A stretch of 64,000 bases of DNA from Macrostomum lignano. Taxonomy: Eukaryota. Position 1 is the stretch's first letter. Each line of letters begins with the position of its first letter. A program made the translations under genes and the position numbers. The notes beneath the pieces were generated by a model, which saw nothing but the letters and a program-made list of their open reading frames with translations, made no database searches and was not told the origin of the DNA. Where the stretch lies: NCBI GenBank assembly GCA_002269645.1, contig NIVC01001597.1, forward strand, positions 248,001 to 312,000, in the 5' to 3' direction. This document shows positions 38,064 to 50,056 of the stretch, in pieces.

Positions 38064-38900
38064 GGTTGTATATCAGAGAGGATTTCTATAGCAGAAATTT
38101 GTAAAAGACCTTGAGATGAAATTTTGCAGGTGTGCAAGCTACGAGCGTGTATTATGTAAATTATTAATTCATGTACACTACATGAAGCTACAATTGTACA
38201 TGGAGTCTGTGTATACAGAAGTGGTTGCGGGCTTGTATCTATTGGCCCACACGACTTCAAATACACGGCTAAAACTCAGATTGCATCGATGGGGAAAAGA
38301 GAGAAAAAGCAGAAGAAAGAGCAGGTTGATGAGGTGGGGAGATTTGTACAATGAGCAGGTATAGCTGACTGCGCGGAGCGAGCGTACATTCTATAGGGAA
38401 GAATGTAGATTTGGGAGGAGATGACTGGAGAGGGATTATATAATAGCCCAAAGCGAGAGAGCAGCCCAAAGGACAGACAGGGACACAATTGGCTGGAAAG
38501 CAAACTAATTGTACTTGCAACGCTGTAAAGTTAGCTGTAAAAAGGCTGCGTTGCATTAATGACTCATGCAGCGCTTCTACGAAAGAATCCACATCAACTA
38601 GCTAGCGTATTAAGTAACTAGAGCTCAAAGGCTATACCTTTGTGCCTGCAGTCGGATTCAGTTGTTCACATTGAACGCACATTGGGCTAGTACAGGCTGA
38701 ATAAATAGTACTCAGCAGAAGCAGAAACGACTGTATTGTCTTTCCTGCAGCTCTATTTATTTGCACAGAAGAAATAATTATAAAACTTAGAGGCAGAGAG
38801 AGACGACTCACTAAATATACACCCGAATAAGATAGATAGAACCGCGTGGACTCAAACAGACAGTAAGTCCTTGCGATAGCACAATAGAATAATACATGCA

Positions 38901-41026
38901 ATGCGATTAAAACTACCGTATTATCCGCTGCTAGCGGCTCTGGCAGCTGGCTGGCTCATGGGTGCCCTGACTGTGCTGCTGCTACTGACTGAACGCGAGG
39001 TTGACCTGGTGCCACCTATGCCTGACGACGAGGCGGTCTGGCCCAGTCCAGCTATCGATCCCGGGAATTTCAACTGCAACAACCGGCGCCCGAGGCCGCT
39101 GCAACCAACTGGCGACTTTGCCGCAGCGATGGCCTGGCAACGGATGCGTCAGAACGACTCGATTTACTATTTCGAGCGACCGGGCAAGCTGCTGCCGATG
39201 CTGCGCCCGCTGTCCGAGAAGGAGGCCTCGGCCACCTACAGGGCCTCCGTGGCCAGGTCTTGGCTCGGCACCCAGACACTGGTGATCGCGGCCACTGTGA
39301 GAAATGGCATGCCTAACTTGGAGAACAGTTTGCAGAATATTGGCCGACTGCGGACTCTGTTCAGGCAGAGCTGGGTGCTGCTAGTTGAGAACGACTCTGA
39401 TGATGGCACTAGAGAGAGGCTGCTGCGGCTGGCCAGGCTCGATCCCCGAGTCCGCGTGCTCGGTTGTGGCCAGCCTAACAGCAAATCGCCATGCCGAATG
39501 AACCAGAGATACCACAGCGGCTCGGCGCACAGGCCCGGCTCCAATATGGAGAGGACAATTGAGGAAGAGGTGCTCTTCGCCTTGCCGCATCTTTTATCCC
39601 GTAGGGAAAGGGTTGGTGATAAAAGATTCTGGGGTTTTTCACTCTAGAGGATGTTGAGGTCGGTCTCTTGATGCTATGGTGTCTAGAGTGATGCTATTGG
39701 TGTCTAGAGTGATGCTATAGTGTCTAGAGTGATGCTATGGTGTCTAGAGTGATGCTATTGGTGTCTAGAGTGATGCTATAGTGTCTAGAGTGATGCTATG
39801 GTGTCTAGAGTGATGCTATTGGTGTCTAGAGTGATGCTATAGTGTCTAGAGTGATGCTATGGTGTCTAGAGTGGTGCTATTGGTGTCTAGAGTGATGCTA
39901 TGGTGTCTAGAGTGATGCTATTGGTGTCTAGAGTGATGCTATGGTGTCTAGAGTGATGCTATGGTGTCTAGAGTGATGCTATTGGTTTCTAGAGTGATGC
40001 TATGGTGTCTAGAGGGATGCTATGGTGTCTAGAGTGGTGCTATTGGTGTCTAGAGTGATGCTATGGTGTCTAGAGTGATGCTATGGTGTCTAGAGTGATG
40101 CTATTGGTGTCTAGAGTGATGCTATGGTGTCTAGAGTGATGCTATGGTGTCTAGAGTGATGCTATGGTGTCTAGAGTGGTGCTATTGGTGTCTAGAGTGA
40201 TGCTATGGTGTCTAGAGTGATGCTATGGTGTCTAGAGTGGTGCTATTGGTGTCTAGAGTGATGCTATGGTGTCTAGAGTGATACTATTGGTGTCTAGAGT
40301 GATGATTCACGGTCTCTAAAAAGTTGATGTCTATAAAGGGATGCTAGGGTCTTTAGTTTAGAGTTTGATAGGGTCTCTGGAGGGATGCTAGGGTCTCCAA
40401 GCGATGCTAAGAGGGTCTTTAAATCTCTAAAACTGTACATGTATTACAGAGGTAAGAATTTTTGTATCCCGGTTTAGATCGATCGCGGCCTGATCATGTC
40501 CGTCCTGCGCAACGAGTACCTGAACCACGCGTACAAACACCTGGGCAGCAGTGCTGACTTTCTATTGATAATCGATCCAGATTTAGCCTGGCACAGCTGG
40601 AACCTCAACAGCATTCTGCAAGGTCTGTACTACTTCAAGACGCGGCCGAAGCTGCAGCAGATGTGCGCTAGCACAGTCAGCTTATACGATGGCAAACTGT
40701 ACGACCCTTGCACGATTAACTTCTACAACAACAAGCGCTACGGCGAGGACACAAAGTATCCCTACGTAGACATCGAAAAGTCCATCTTAAAAGGGCCAAG
40801 GGACCTGCCACCAGTCAAGGCTGAGAGCTGTTTTCAAGCGTTCTCGTTCTACCGATTCTCTGTGCTGCAATCGCGGAGGCTGCAATACGAGAGGAGCCAC
40901 GGCGAGTGGATGTGCGAGCACAACACCCTGTCCAGGCAACTGGACGAGGTGTACCTGGACCCGCAGATGCGACTTGGAGTGTCGGACAGTGCGAATTACT
41001 ATGTCTTAAACAGGAATCTGTTTTAA
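38901..41026 (+). CDS. Type-II membrane GT-A fold glycosyltransferase-like protein; exon 1 from 38901 (donor 39569 or 39611), exon 2 40478-41026
   Basis: N-terminal TM, VIAATVRN, LVENDSDDGTRERL, R..IMSVLRNEYL, FLLIIDPDL (DxD), LYDP, VKAESCFQAFSFYR, CEHNTL...YLDP. Confidence 0.75.
39670..40300. repeat. 20/21-bp intronic minisatellite (GGTGTCTAGAGTGATGCTAT), with a 61-bp higher-order period in its 5' part
   Basis: Direct reading. Confidence 0.95.
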
Positions 41027-42281
41027 AGCAGATCGACTTTTCAATTTCCAGTTTTATTTAGTACCAAATTAAAAAAATATTGGGCTCTGTCCAATGGTCC
41101 AAAGGAATTTAAGCGTCACTGAAAGAAATTTGTGTCTGGTCTGTACCTACCCACAGAATATTAAAAATAGACAAAGTAACCTGTTGTAAGCTGAGAGTGA
41201 CTGAGTGAGTGGCCCCTGATTGACTCCCTTCTTTTCTCTTCCTTCCTCTCTTTCCTTCTTTCTTCCTTCTCTCCACTTATCATATTTCTCTCTCACCTGG
41301 CCCGTAGCCATTAGCTGGATTATTTATTTGGCCCTTGAAGTAAACATTTTGCCGAGCCCAGGCTTAAGTACATGTAAGGCGTAGTTCTGTTCCCTTTAGA
41401 CACAGGCAGTCAAGGCAATTTGTCCGTCTTTTAATGAGCGACAAATGCAAAATATATTGTAAAATGATTAATCAATTCAAAGGAATCAAAAGTTCGAGAA
41501 CTAGGATTCGCGTCATGCCACGGCTAACAATTGTGCTTGACACGCTTGCTTCATTTAGAATTTGAAGTAACTTGCACTGAATGTAACTCGTGTAGCTATA
41601 TTTGTTATTGTAAATCTCTGCTTTTAATGCGCACTGCCCTATTTGAGAACGCAATGCTTCCTTGAGGAAATCTGTATCAAAACATTGAAGTAACTGGTAA
41701 GACTGCTATTTAATTTTTTGAGTTTCAATACTCACAATAAATTAATATTGATGGCTATTAGAAGTTTGAATTTAATAAGACAGGCCATGTGAATACATTG
41801 CTAATAATAAACTGTATATAGTGCAAAACAAATGATAATAACAATATGCAGACACCGCAAAGCAAAAAAGCAGCACATGATGAGCAGCAGTTTTAACAAC
41901 TTGAAGTACTACTTAATAAAAAAGCAAAGCTCAATAAAGCATATCATAGAATAAAGATTAATTATTGCACCAACCACAGATGCTAGAATACCTAAATGTC
42001 ACTCAAAAAATGCGCTAATCTAGTCTTTGTTTCAATAGCAACAATCTACTATGGCTTTCTACAAGCAGACGCATTAAATTAGCGTCATTCATCTTGCTTT
42101 ACCCACTCTAGGCTGCATTAGGCTCGAAATTATTTAATCAGAAATCAATTAAGGACTGAAGATTGGGCCTAGCTATCAAGAAAAAGGGGGTGGCGCTTGA
42201 GACACCAGCCAGACCGATAAATAATTGGGATTTTCTCTTGCAAGCGTGTCTGACATTGACCTCTTTTCTTACAGCTATCTT

Positions 42282-42546
42282 ATTGGCTGAGCTAGATTGG
42301 GCCAGCCCCTAGACTGAGTTTCGTCCGTCTTGACTTCCCCTCTCTCCTTACTGCTCTCTCATTGGCTGAGCTAGATTGGGCCTGCCCCCCTAGGCTGAGT
42401 TTCGTTCGTCTTGACTTTCCTCTCTCTCCTAACTGCTCTCATTGGCTGAGCCAGATTGGGCCTGCCCCCTAGACTGAGTTTCGTCCGTCTTGACTTCTCC
42501 TCTCTCCTTACTGCTCTCTCATTGGCTGAGCTAGATTGGGCCTGCC
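42282..42546. repeat. About 80-bp tandem repeat (3.3 units) carrying ATTGG (CCAAT) pairs
   Basis: Units start at 42282, 42361, 42441 and 42521. Confidence 0.9.
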
Positions 42547-43044
42547 AAAGCCTGAGACCACAAATCCGAAAGGAAAGATTTCTAGCTGACACATTGAATT
42601 TCTGCGCAGATAGACTACTGAAAAAGAGTAGACGCTCAAATTTTTACCAGATTAAATTGCGAGTGACCATATCCAGTTTATTCTGGTTTCTGTGACACCA
42701 AAGGAAGTACTTAATAAAGACAGGCGAAAATCAGCTATCAATAAAAAGTACATACAAAAAGAGGCAATACAACAATATGTTGAAAATTTTTCGCCTAATT
42801 CTTATTTAATGAAAATTATAAAGTGTCAAAAACTGCAAAACTATATTTATTATTATTACAAGGATGAGATTAAAAGCAGGCTGACAGCGACTGAAAAAAT
42901 TAAATAAATAAACTAACACCGAGATTAAGGTAGGTTGAAGACAAGGACATGAACTATTAAGTGTAAATAAATAAGTCTAATATAATCTGATCTGTATATT
43001 AGACATAAGTTTCTAGGGCATAGTGGATTTGGAGGCAAATATGA

Positions 43045-43960
43045 TGGGGGATTAATGGGGCGGGTGGATCAGATGGTGGATTAAAGGAGGGGCGGATCAG
43101 ATGGTGGATTAAAGGAGGGGCGGATCAGATGGTGGATTAAAGGAGGGGCGGATCAGATGATGGATTAAAGGGGGGCAGATCAGATGGTGGATTAAAGGGG
43201 GGCAGATCAGATGGTGGATTAAAGGGGGGCGGATCAGATGGTGAATTAAAGGGGGGCGGATCAGATGATGGATTAAAGGGGGCGGATCAGATGGTGGATT
43301 GAAGGGGGACGGATAAGATGGTGGATTAAAGGGGGGCGGATCAGGTGGTGGATTAAAGGGGGGCGGATCAGATGGTGGATTAAAGGGGGCGGATCACATG
43401 GTGGATTAAAGGGGGGCGGATAAGATGGTGGATTAAAGGGGGGCGGATCAGATGGTGGATTAAAGGGGGGCGGATAAGATGGTGGATTAAAGGGGGGCAG
43501 ATCAGATGGTGGATTAAAGGGGGGCGGATTAGATGGTGATTGGTGGATTAAAGGGGCGGATCAGATGGTGGATTAAAGGGGGCGGATCAGATGGTGGATT
43601 AAAGGGGGCGGATCAGATGGTGGATTAAGGGGGGGCGGATAAGATGGTGGATTAAAGGGGGGCGGATCAGGTGGTGGATTAAAGGGGGCGGATCAGGTGG
43701 TGGATTAAAGGGGGCGGATCAGGTGGTGGATTAAAGGGGGGCGGATCAGATGGTGGATTAAAGGGGGCGGATCAGATGGTGGATTAAGGGGGGGGCGGAT
43801 AAGATGGTGGATTAAAGGGGGGCGGATCAGGTGGTGGATTAAAGGGGGCGGATCAGATGGTGGATTAAAGGGGGGCGGATCAGATGATGGATTAAAGGGG
43901 GCGGATCAGATGGTGGATTAAAGGGAGCAGATCAGATGGTGGATTAAAGGAGGGCGGATC
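43045..43960. repeat. 26-27-bp G-rich minisatellite (GGATCAGATGGTGGATTAAAGGGGGGC)n
   Basis: Direct reading. Confidence 0.95.
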
Positions 43961-44273
43961 AAATCTCAGATTAGATCAGAAGGCGGACAGAAAATTGAAG
44001 CCAGGCCAGCAGCTGCAGAAAGGCGACTCTAATAAGCCAATAAAAATTAATTTATTAGACAAAGAAAATTTTATGTCACATTAAGAAAACTATTCTTAAC
44101 AGATAAAAACTGATAACAAACGAGCTGGCGTAATGCGAGTGAATTGCACAATAACTTGATATAAACAAATAACAATAAAGATACGAAAGACATTAATAAT
44201 AAGACATTAATGTAAAAACAACAGAGTTGCCAAGCAAACTGCAAACTAATCCAGTGACATTTCTAGCAATCAA

Positions 44274-46674
44274 TCACACCAGCAGCTGACGGGTGAGCAG
44301 ACTTTTCCTTTGTTCTCTAAACTGATCGCCCACCTCGAAATCTTCTCTGCTGACTGAGTCATCGCCAGATTGGTCAGCCGGAGATGAAGGAAGCTGAGAA
44401 AATCGCTGCTGCTGCTGCTGCTGAGATGCCTCGTTTGAGCTGACGGATCTGCCAGTCGGGCCGAGCTGACATTCAAAGTTATTATCAAATGGCTCGTTAA
44501 TGGGGATATTCGATGAGAACGGGATATCACTAAATAGGGATATTTAAGAATGAGATATCTGTAAATGGCAATATTTGAGGAGAATGGGATACATGAGATA
44601 CCGGTAAATAGGGATAATTGAGAACGGGATATCGGTAAATGAGGATATTTGAGAATGGGATATCGGTAAATGAGGATATTTGAGAATGGGATATCGGTAA
44701 ATGAGGATATTTGAGAATGGGATATCGGTAAATGAGGATATTTGAGAATGGGATATCGGTAAATGAGGATATTTGAGAATGGGATATCGGTAAATGAGGA
44801 TATTTGAGAATGTGATATCGGTAAATGGGGATATTTGAGAATGGGATATCGGAAAATGGGGATATTTGAGAATGGGATATCAGTAAGTGGGGATATTTGA
44901 TGACAATGAGATATTGGTAAATGGGGATATTTGAGAAAGGGATATCAGTAAGTGGGGGATATTTGAGAATGTGATATCGGTAAATGGGGATATTTGAGAA
45001 TGGGATATCAGTAAGTGGGGTATTTGAGAATGGGATATCGGTAAATGGGGATATTTGAGAATGGGATATCGGTAAATGGGGATATTTGAGAATGGGATAT
45101 CAGTAAATGGGGGATGTTTGAGAATGAGATATCGGTAAATGGGGACATTTGAGAATGGGATATCAGTAAATGGGGGATATTTGAGAATGGGATATCAGTA
45201 AGTGGGGGTATTTGAGAATGGGATATCGGTAAATGGGGGATATTTGAGAATGAGATATCGGTAAATGGGGATATTTGAGAATGGGATATCGGTAAATGGG
45301 GATATTTGAGAATGGGATATCAGTAAATGGGGGATATTTGAGAATGGGATATCAGTAAGTGGGGGTATTTGAGAATGGGATATCGGTAAATGGGGGATAT
45401 TTGATGAGAATGAGATATTGGTAAATGGGGATATTTGAGAATGGGATATCGGTAGATGGGGGATATTTGAGAATGGGATAGCAGTAAGTGGGGGGTATTT
45501 GAGCAGAATAGGACATCCGAAAAATGCTTACAGTGAGTGAGTTATAGCTAGCCGACTCGTCCAGTTCGCTGATTGAGCCAACACCGCCGCGGTTGCGCAG
45601 GGCTCGCAGGAACAAACCGGCCACTTGAAAAACGTTCTTACCAACGCAATGGTCACAGAGGACGCAGGCCAATAGCAGGCCCCAGCACAGTAGCACAGTC
45701 AGGCCACTGAGCGCTTGCAGAGCGGTAAGCAGCTGCCTTGGTTGCGGCTGAGTCCATGACACCGCCAGCGGCGGCAGAGCGACTGAGTGCAGCAGCAGAC
45801 ACAGCAGGCAGTGGCAGCGGTACATGCGCAGCTGATGGGGGGCCGAATTCGGGGACATTGCGTACTTTGCTTTAATTCCCCTAACAGCAGATGTCTAGCT
45901 GCCTTTGTTAGAAAATTTATATAAGAAAAAACTCACAGCAATGGTTCTCGAGGTTCGCGCATAGCTCAAAGCCAATATACTTAATAGTAACATCTGAAGT
46001 AGAAGAGAAACAGATTCAGGTTCTGCCCACTCCGCGACTTTGGGGCGAGTGTTGTGACTTGTGAGTTGTGGATCGTAAGTCGCGAAAAAGTCGTCATAGA
46101 GTGGTTGTGTTAGGGCTTACTCGCTTCTGCTAACTCAAGTAGACTAAATAGAGTTGTTAAAAAATTGTCAAAATTCCTTGCATTGCCCCAATTTTGGTGC
46201 TCAAGCCCCCAATGAATGTGGAATCCCAAGAGAAGTTCAATTTGTGAGCGGCCTGCCTACTCCAAGTAACTCAAGACAATCCGAATAAGCAGGTCTTATT
46301 CAACCTACCAAAATTGCGCACCACAATGGGAAGCCAAAGGCGCCTGACACATCAAACGCTGACCAATTAACGTTAACTGCAGTCGTATTAGCCTCACTAA
46401 TCCGATTTAGTTGGTTAAAACTATTAGCCCGAATGGCAACGCTGGCAGACCAGAAGCTGAAGCCAATCAGAGCCAAACACAGCTGCATCCAGCCTAGCAA
46501 TGGAGGCACCCGCGATCCAACCCGAGACCCGATTATCAATAAGCTGTCATCGTCAATATCGCAGTCACCGCTATTGCTGGAACTGCGCCATAGCCGGTAT
46601 GGCTGGTGCGACGACTGCTGCTGAGATGGCAGCTCGTGAACAGGCAAAAACAGGACATCCTCCGGCTGATGCTC
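44274..46674 (-). CDS. Four-transmembrane protein (MS4A/CD20-like topology, family tentative); exons 46674-46309, 45993-45937, 45894-45532, 44465-44274; 5' start unresolved
   Basis: Four GT-AG, phase-0 joined exons give one 325-aa open frame with hydrophobic segments LGWMQLCLALIGFSFWSASVAI, GFPLWCAILMLLLSILAL, CLLCLLLHSVALPPLAVSW and LSGLTVLLCWGLLLACVL; ends RQLLV*. Confidence 0.7.
44520..45500. repeat. About 31-bp intronic minisatellite (GAGAATGGGATATCGGTAAATGGGGATATTT)n
   Basis: Direct reading; lies in intron 45531-44466. Confidence 0.95.
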
Positions 46675-48911
46675 CTGAAAATTCCAAATCTAAAAATCAT
46701 TTCCAGCCAAAACAAAATGCAAACAAAGATGTAAAAGCACCTGAAAATTTTATAACCAAACTCAGTTTTTTTTTTAATTCCAGATATTTGAAAAGGCTCA
46801 AGATTCAATAGCAAGAGTCAAGATTCAAGATGAGACTAGGTTTTGGTAGATAGAATTAGAAATATATATATACAACAAGCTGTTGAAACCCGCGGATTTT
46901 GAGCCCAGGGAATTCCAATCCCGAAACTATTTTTGCATGTATTCTGAAATCTGAGGCCATACTCAAACAAAAACTTGTTAATAGTTAGTAGGATAGAGGT
47001 AAACATGAAATGGAGTACAATCGTGTAAAATTAGGGTTTGAGGCAAACATTTGCTATTGTTGGCTCGGCTGGGGTGCTGCGCAGAATGTCAGACAATGGC
47101 AAACTCTGGCCTCTGTCTCTGACTCTCCCTACGTCCCTTGGATCCATTGCAACTTCTGTCTTCTTTTCTGTTCCCTCTTTTCTCTCTCGTCCCTCGTCTC
47201 TCCTCTCTTTTCTCTCGTCTCTGCTCTCTCATCTCTCCTTTCTTCTCTTTTATCTCTTCTCATTTATCTCTGCTCTCTACTCTCTTTTTTCTCTCCCCTC
47301 TTCTCACTCCTCACTCTCCGCTCTCTCAACACTTCCCTCATCTCTCCTCTCTCTTTTTTCTTATCCTTTTCTCGCCTCTCATTTCTTTTCTAATCGTTTA
47401 TTCTATTCCTCTTCTTTCCACTCTCATCTGCCCCTCAACTATGAGCTGCATTCTTTGGAGATCTGGAGGTAAAAAGTCTGCCCATCCCTGCTTGGAAAGC
47501 CAGTTTGTGGGACGTAGTACTCTCATGATTTTTCTCATGCTTTGATCACGTCATCTTTCTGGCCAATTTGCAATCCTGAAAGGAATGTGTGTGTATCTTC
47601 AGCCCCACTGCAGTCATCAGTCTAACAACCAAGGAAATACGCATTTCTTAGGCCATTTAAATTTTCAAGAAGAAGAAACTTAAATTTTCCATGGTGTGAT
47701 TAATTTAGTAAGATTTCATAAATTTCATAAATTGCTTTTTCATAAATCTTTCGCTTTTACAAACCATGCTGGATTGGATTGCCTTGATTTGGCATCCACT
47801 GTTAAACTGCATGGCTGCTAAACGTAGCCTCTCCACTCGCGGGGTGCAGAGAGGGCTTTAAAAATTTATTCCAAAACACTGTACATTTGCTATGTACACT
47901 GAGCCCTATCGCCTGACCCTTGGTCTGGGCTGGGGGGATTCGGGGGAATGAGTGAGTGAGTGGCACAAACAACAAAAAGCAGACAAACTTCACATGCTTA
48001 CAGTTTCTGTTCTGATTGAGTTACAGAGTTGAAACTTTACATTAAGACAGAGACAGTCAATGAAAAATTGTGTCAAGTTTTAAGTCAATTGCTTTATGTG
48101 GACCAAACTTATGGAAGCTGAAAGTTAGTCAATTTTAAAACCCCTTTTACACATCTGGGCCCAGATCGGGAAAGAGAGGCAGGCGGGTGGAGGTTGGGGT
48201 GGCTGTCTTGTTGACAAAAAACAGCCTACCTTTAAAGTGCACAGCGCCATTCAGGACTTATTTTGAGACTCAACATTTTACATGATTGTGTCAAAATAGT
48301 TGAAGATTGTCCGTGTCAAATTTGAAGAGGATCGGTGGAAGTGGGCTGGCGCTATGGAGGATTTAGTGAAAAAATTGCGCATTTATAGCAGTTTTTGCAC
48401 TTTTAGATACTTTTAGATCTTGCTAATCTTAAGTAAGTGATATGAAACCTTGCTAAAATGGTAAAGTGTCATTTTATTTAATTTTACTTATTTACTATTA
48501 GAGTTGTGATCTTTTGTATTAGTTAAATTGGCCAATTTTTTAAACATTTCTCCATGCTTTTTTGGTAGGCATTTCATGAGGGGAATCCTTTATATATAGT
48601 ATTCTGTTGAATATTCTAGGACAAATTCAAAACAACCTACACAAAAACAAAACAAATTTTTTTTTGAATATATAATTCTTTTGATGGAATTTTTTCAGTA
48701 TATGAATTATAAATTTTAAAATAACTAAAAAGTACAAATATTATAAAGTGTCTCCTGCCACAAAAATGATCAATTTACCCAAATCTTCCATTTTTCATTA
48801 AAGATAAACTGTCTGTCATCCTTATTAGAATAAGTCTTCATTTTTGCATCTAGTAACCTAAGAAAATGTAACAGGTACAAACTTGGGCAGATGTATATAT
48901 GCAAAGGCACA

Positions 48912-48954
<43 letters not shown>

Positions 48955-49620
48955 GCATATATGCATGTGCATGCACACATAAGCTAATGACCTATGTGCA
49001 CAAATGAGTGTATGTTTATATAAGGAATATATTGCGCATTATATTGATAATTTAGTTATTCATTATATTTTTCAACTATTAGGCTTAGTTTTACTAATAA
49101 TAATGATGAAAACAATCAATTATACTTGTCCTAATTGAGCCAGATGTGCAACTGACAGCTTAGCTACAGCTATTATATGGCAAATCTGAAGGCTGTATAT
49201 AGTTATTTAGTCAAGGACTAGGGCTAGGGGGTTTAGTCAAGGACTAGGGCTAGGAACTTTTAATTATCCTAGCTAATACTAATACCTATTTTATAGCTAA
49301 GTGAACTGAAGCAATATAGAGTTAAGCATCTTGCTCAAAAACACAATTGTTTTTGTTTTAGTAGGATAGGATCCTAAATTGAATTTCCTAACTTTCAAGT
49401 TTAGGATTGTATATAATAATATATGTTGCAAAGAAATCTGCTAAGCTAATAATTATGTATGCCAATAGACTTATATTGCATGCAAGAATATACCAAGACA
49501 AAAACAAAAACAAGAACCTAAATTTTAAACTTGCAATACAAACAATAAATATATGCAAAAATAAATTAATAAAAACTGGCCCAATATTTTATTTAACTAT
49601 AAAGAACCACTTTTTGTAAT

Positions 49621-49887
49621 CATACATGCGCAACTGCTGGCCGATCTGGCCACCGTAAATTGTGGTGGACCAGGGGTAAGTCGCAAAAATGCCCACCCCA
49701 AAGAATACAGACATAGTACTAATTAGATGACGAGGCATTTAGCGCTTATAAGAGAGTCATAGTTACTCCGGCTGTTTACCCAAAATTGCATTAATGTTGC
49801 TCTAGGTTTCTTTCACAGGTAAGTTGCATTTTTGGTCAAAAAGTAAGTCGCATGGCCAGTGTAAATCAGGAGGGTTGCGCATGTATG
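49621..49887 (-). mobile_element. 267-bp MITE of the same family as 22418-22713
   Basis: TIR CATACATGCGCAAC / GTTGCGCATGTATG, 8-bp TSD TTTGTAAT; interior homologous in reverse orientation. Confidence 0.92.
49718..49781 (-). other. 28S rRNA-derived segment inside the MITE
   Basis: Minus strand GGGTAAACAGCCGGAGTAACTATGACTCTCTTA-TAAGCGCT-AAATGCCTCGTCATCTAATTAGT: 56/64 identical to the recalled conserved 28S sequence, 6 of 8 mismatches in the central 8 nt. Confidence 0.9.
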
Positions 49888-50056
49888 TTTGTAATATAAT
49901 TAGGCCTATTTTTGCTACCAAGAAATACCAATGCCAGGCTTCTCTATATGCTTATTTGTATACCAAGGTCCTATGATATGCCTAATGCTAGATCATTCTA
50001 TTTTATATACCAATTTTTTATGTATATATAATCCTTAGTCTGGTCTGGGTTGTAAG

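Noticed and set aside
28090-45500. Regular short-repeat arrays as CRISPR, and their long ORFs (GAPAP, LAPQA, CWR repeats)
   Set aside because: Head-to-tail units without unique spacers, no cas genes, eukaryotic intronic context; the ORFs are repeat artefacts.
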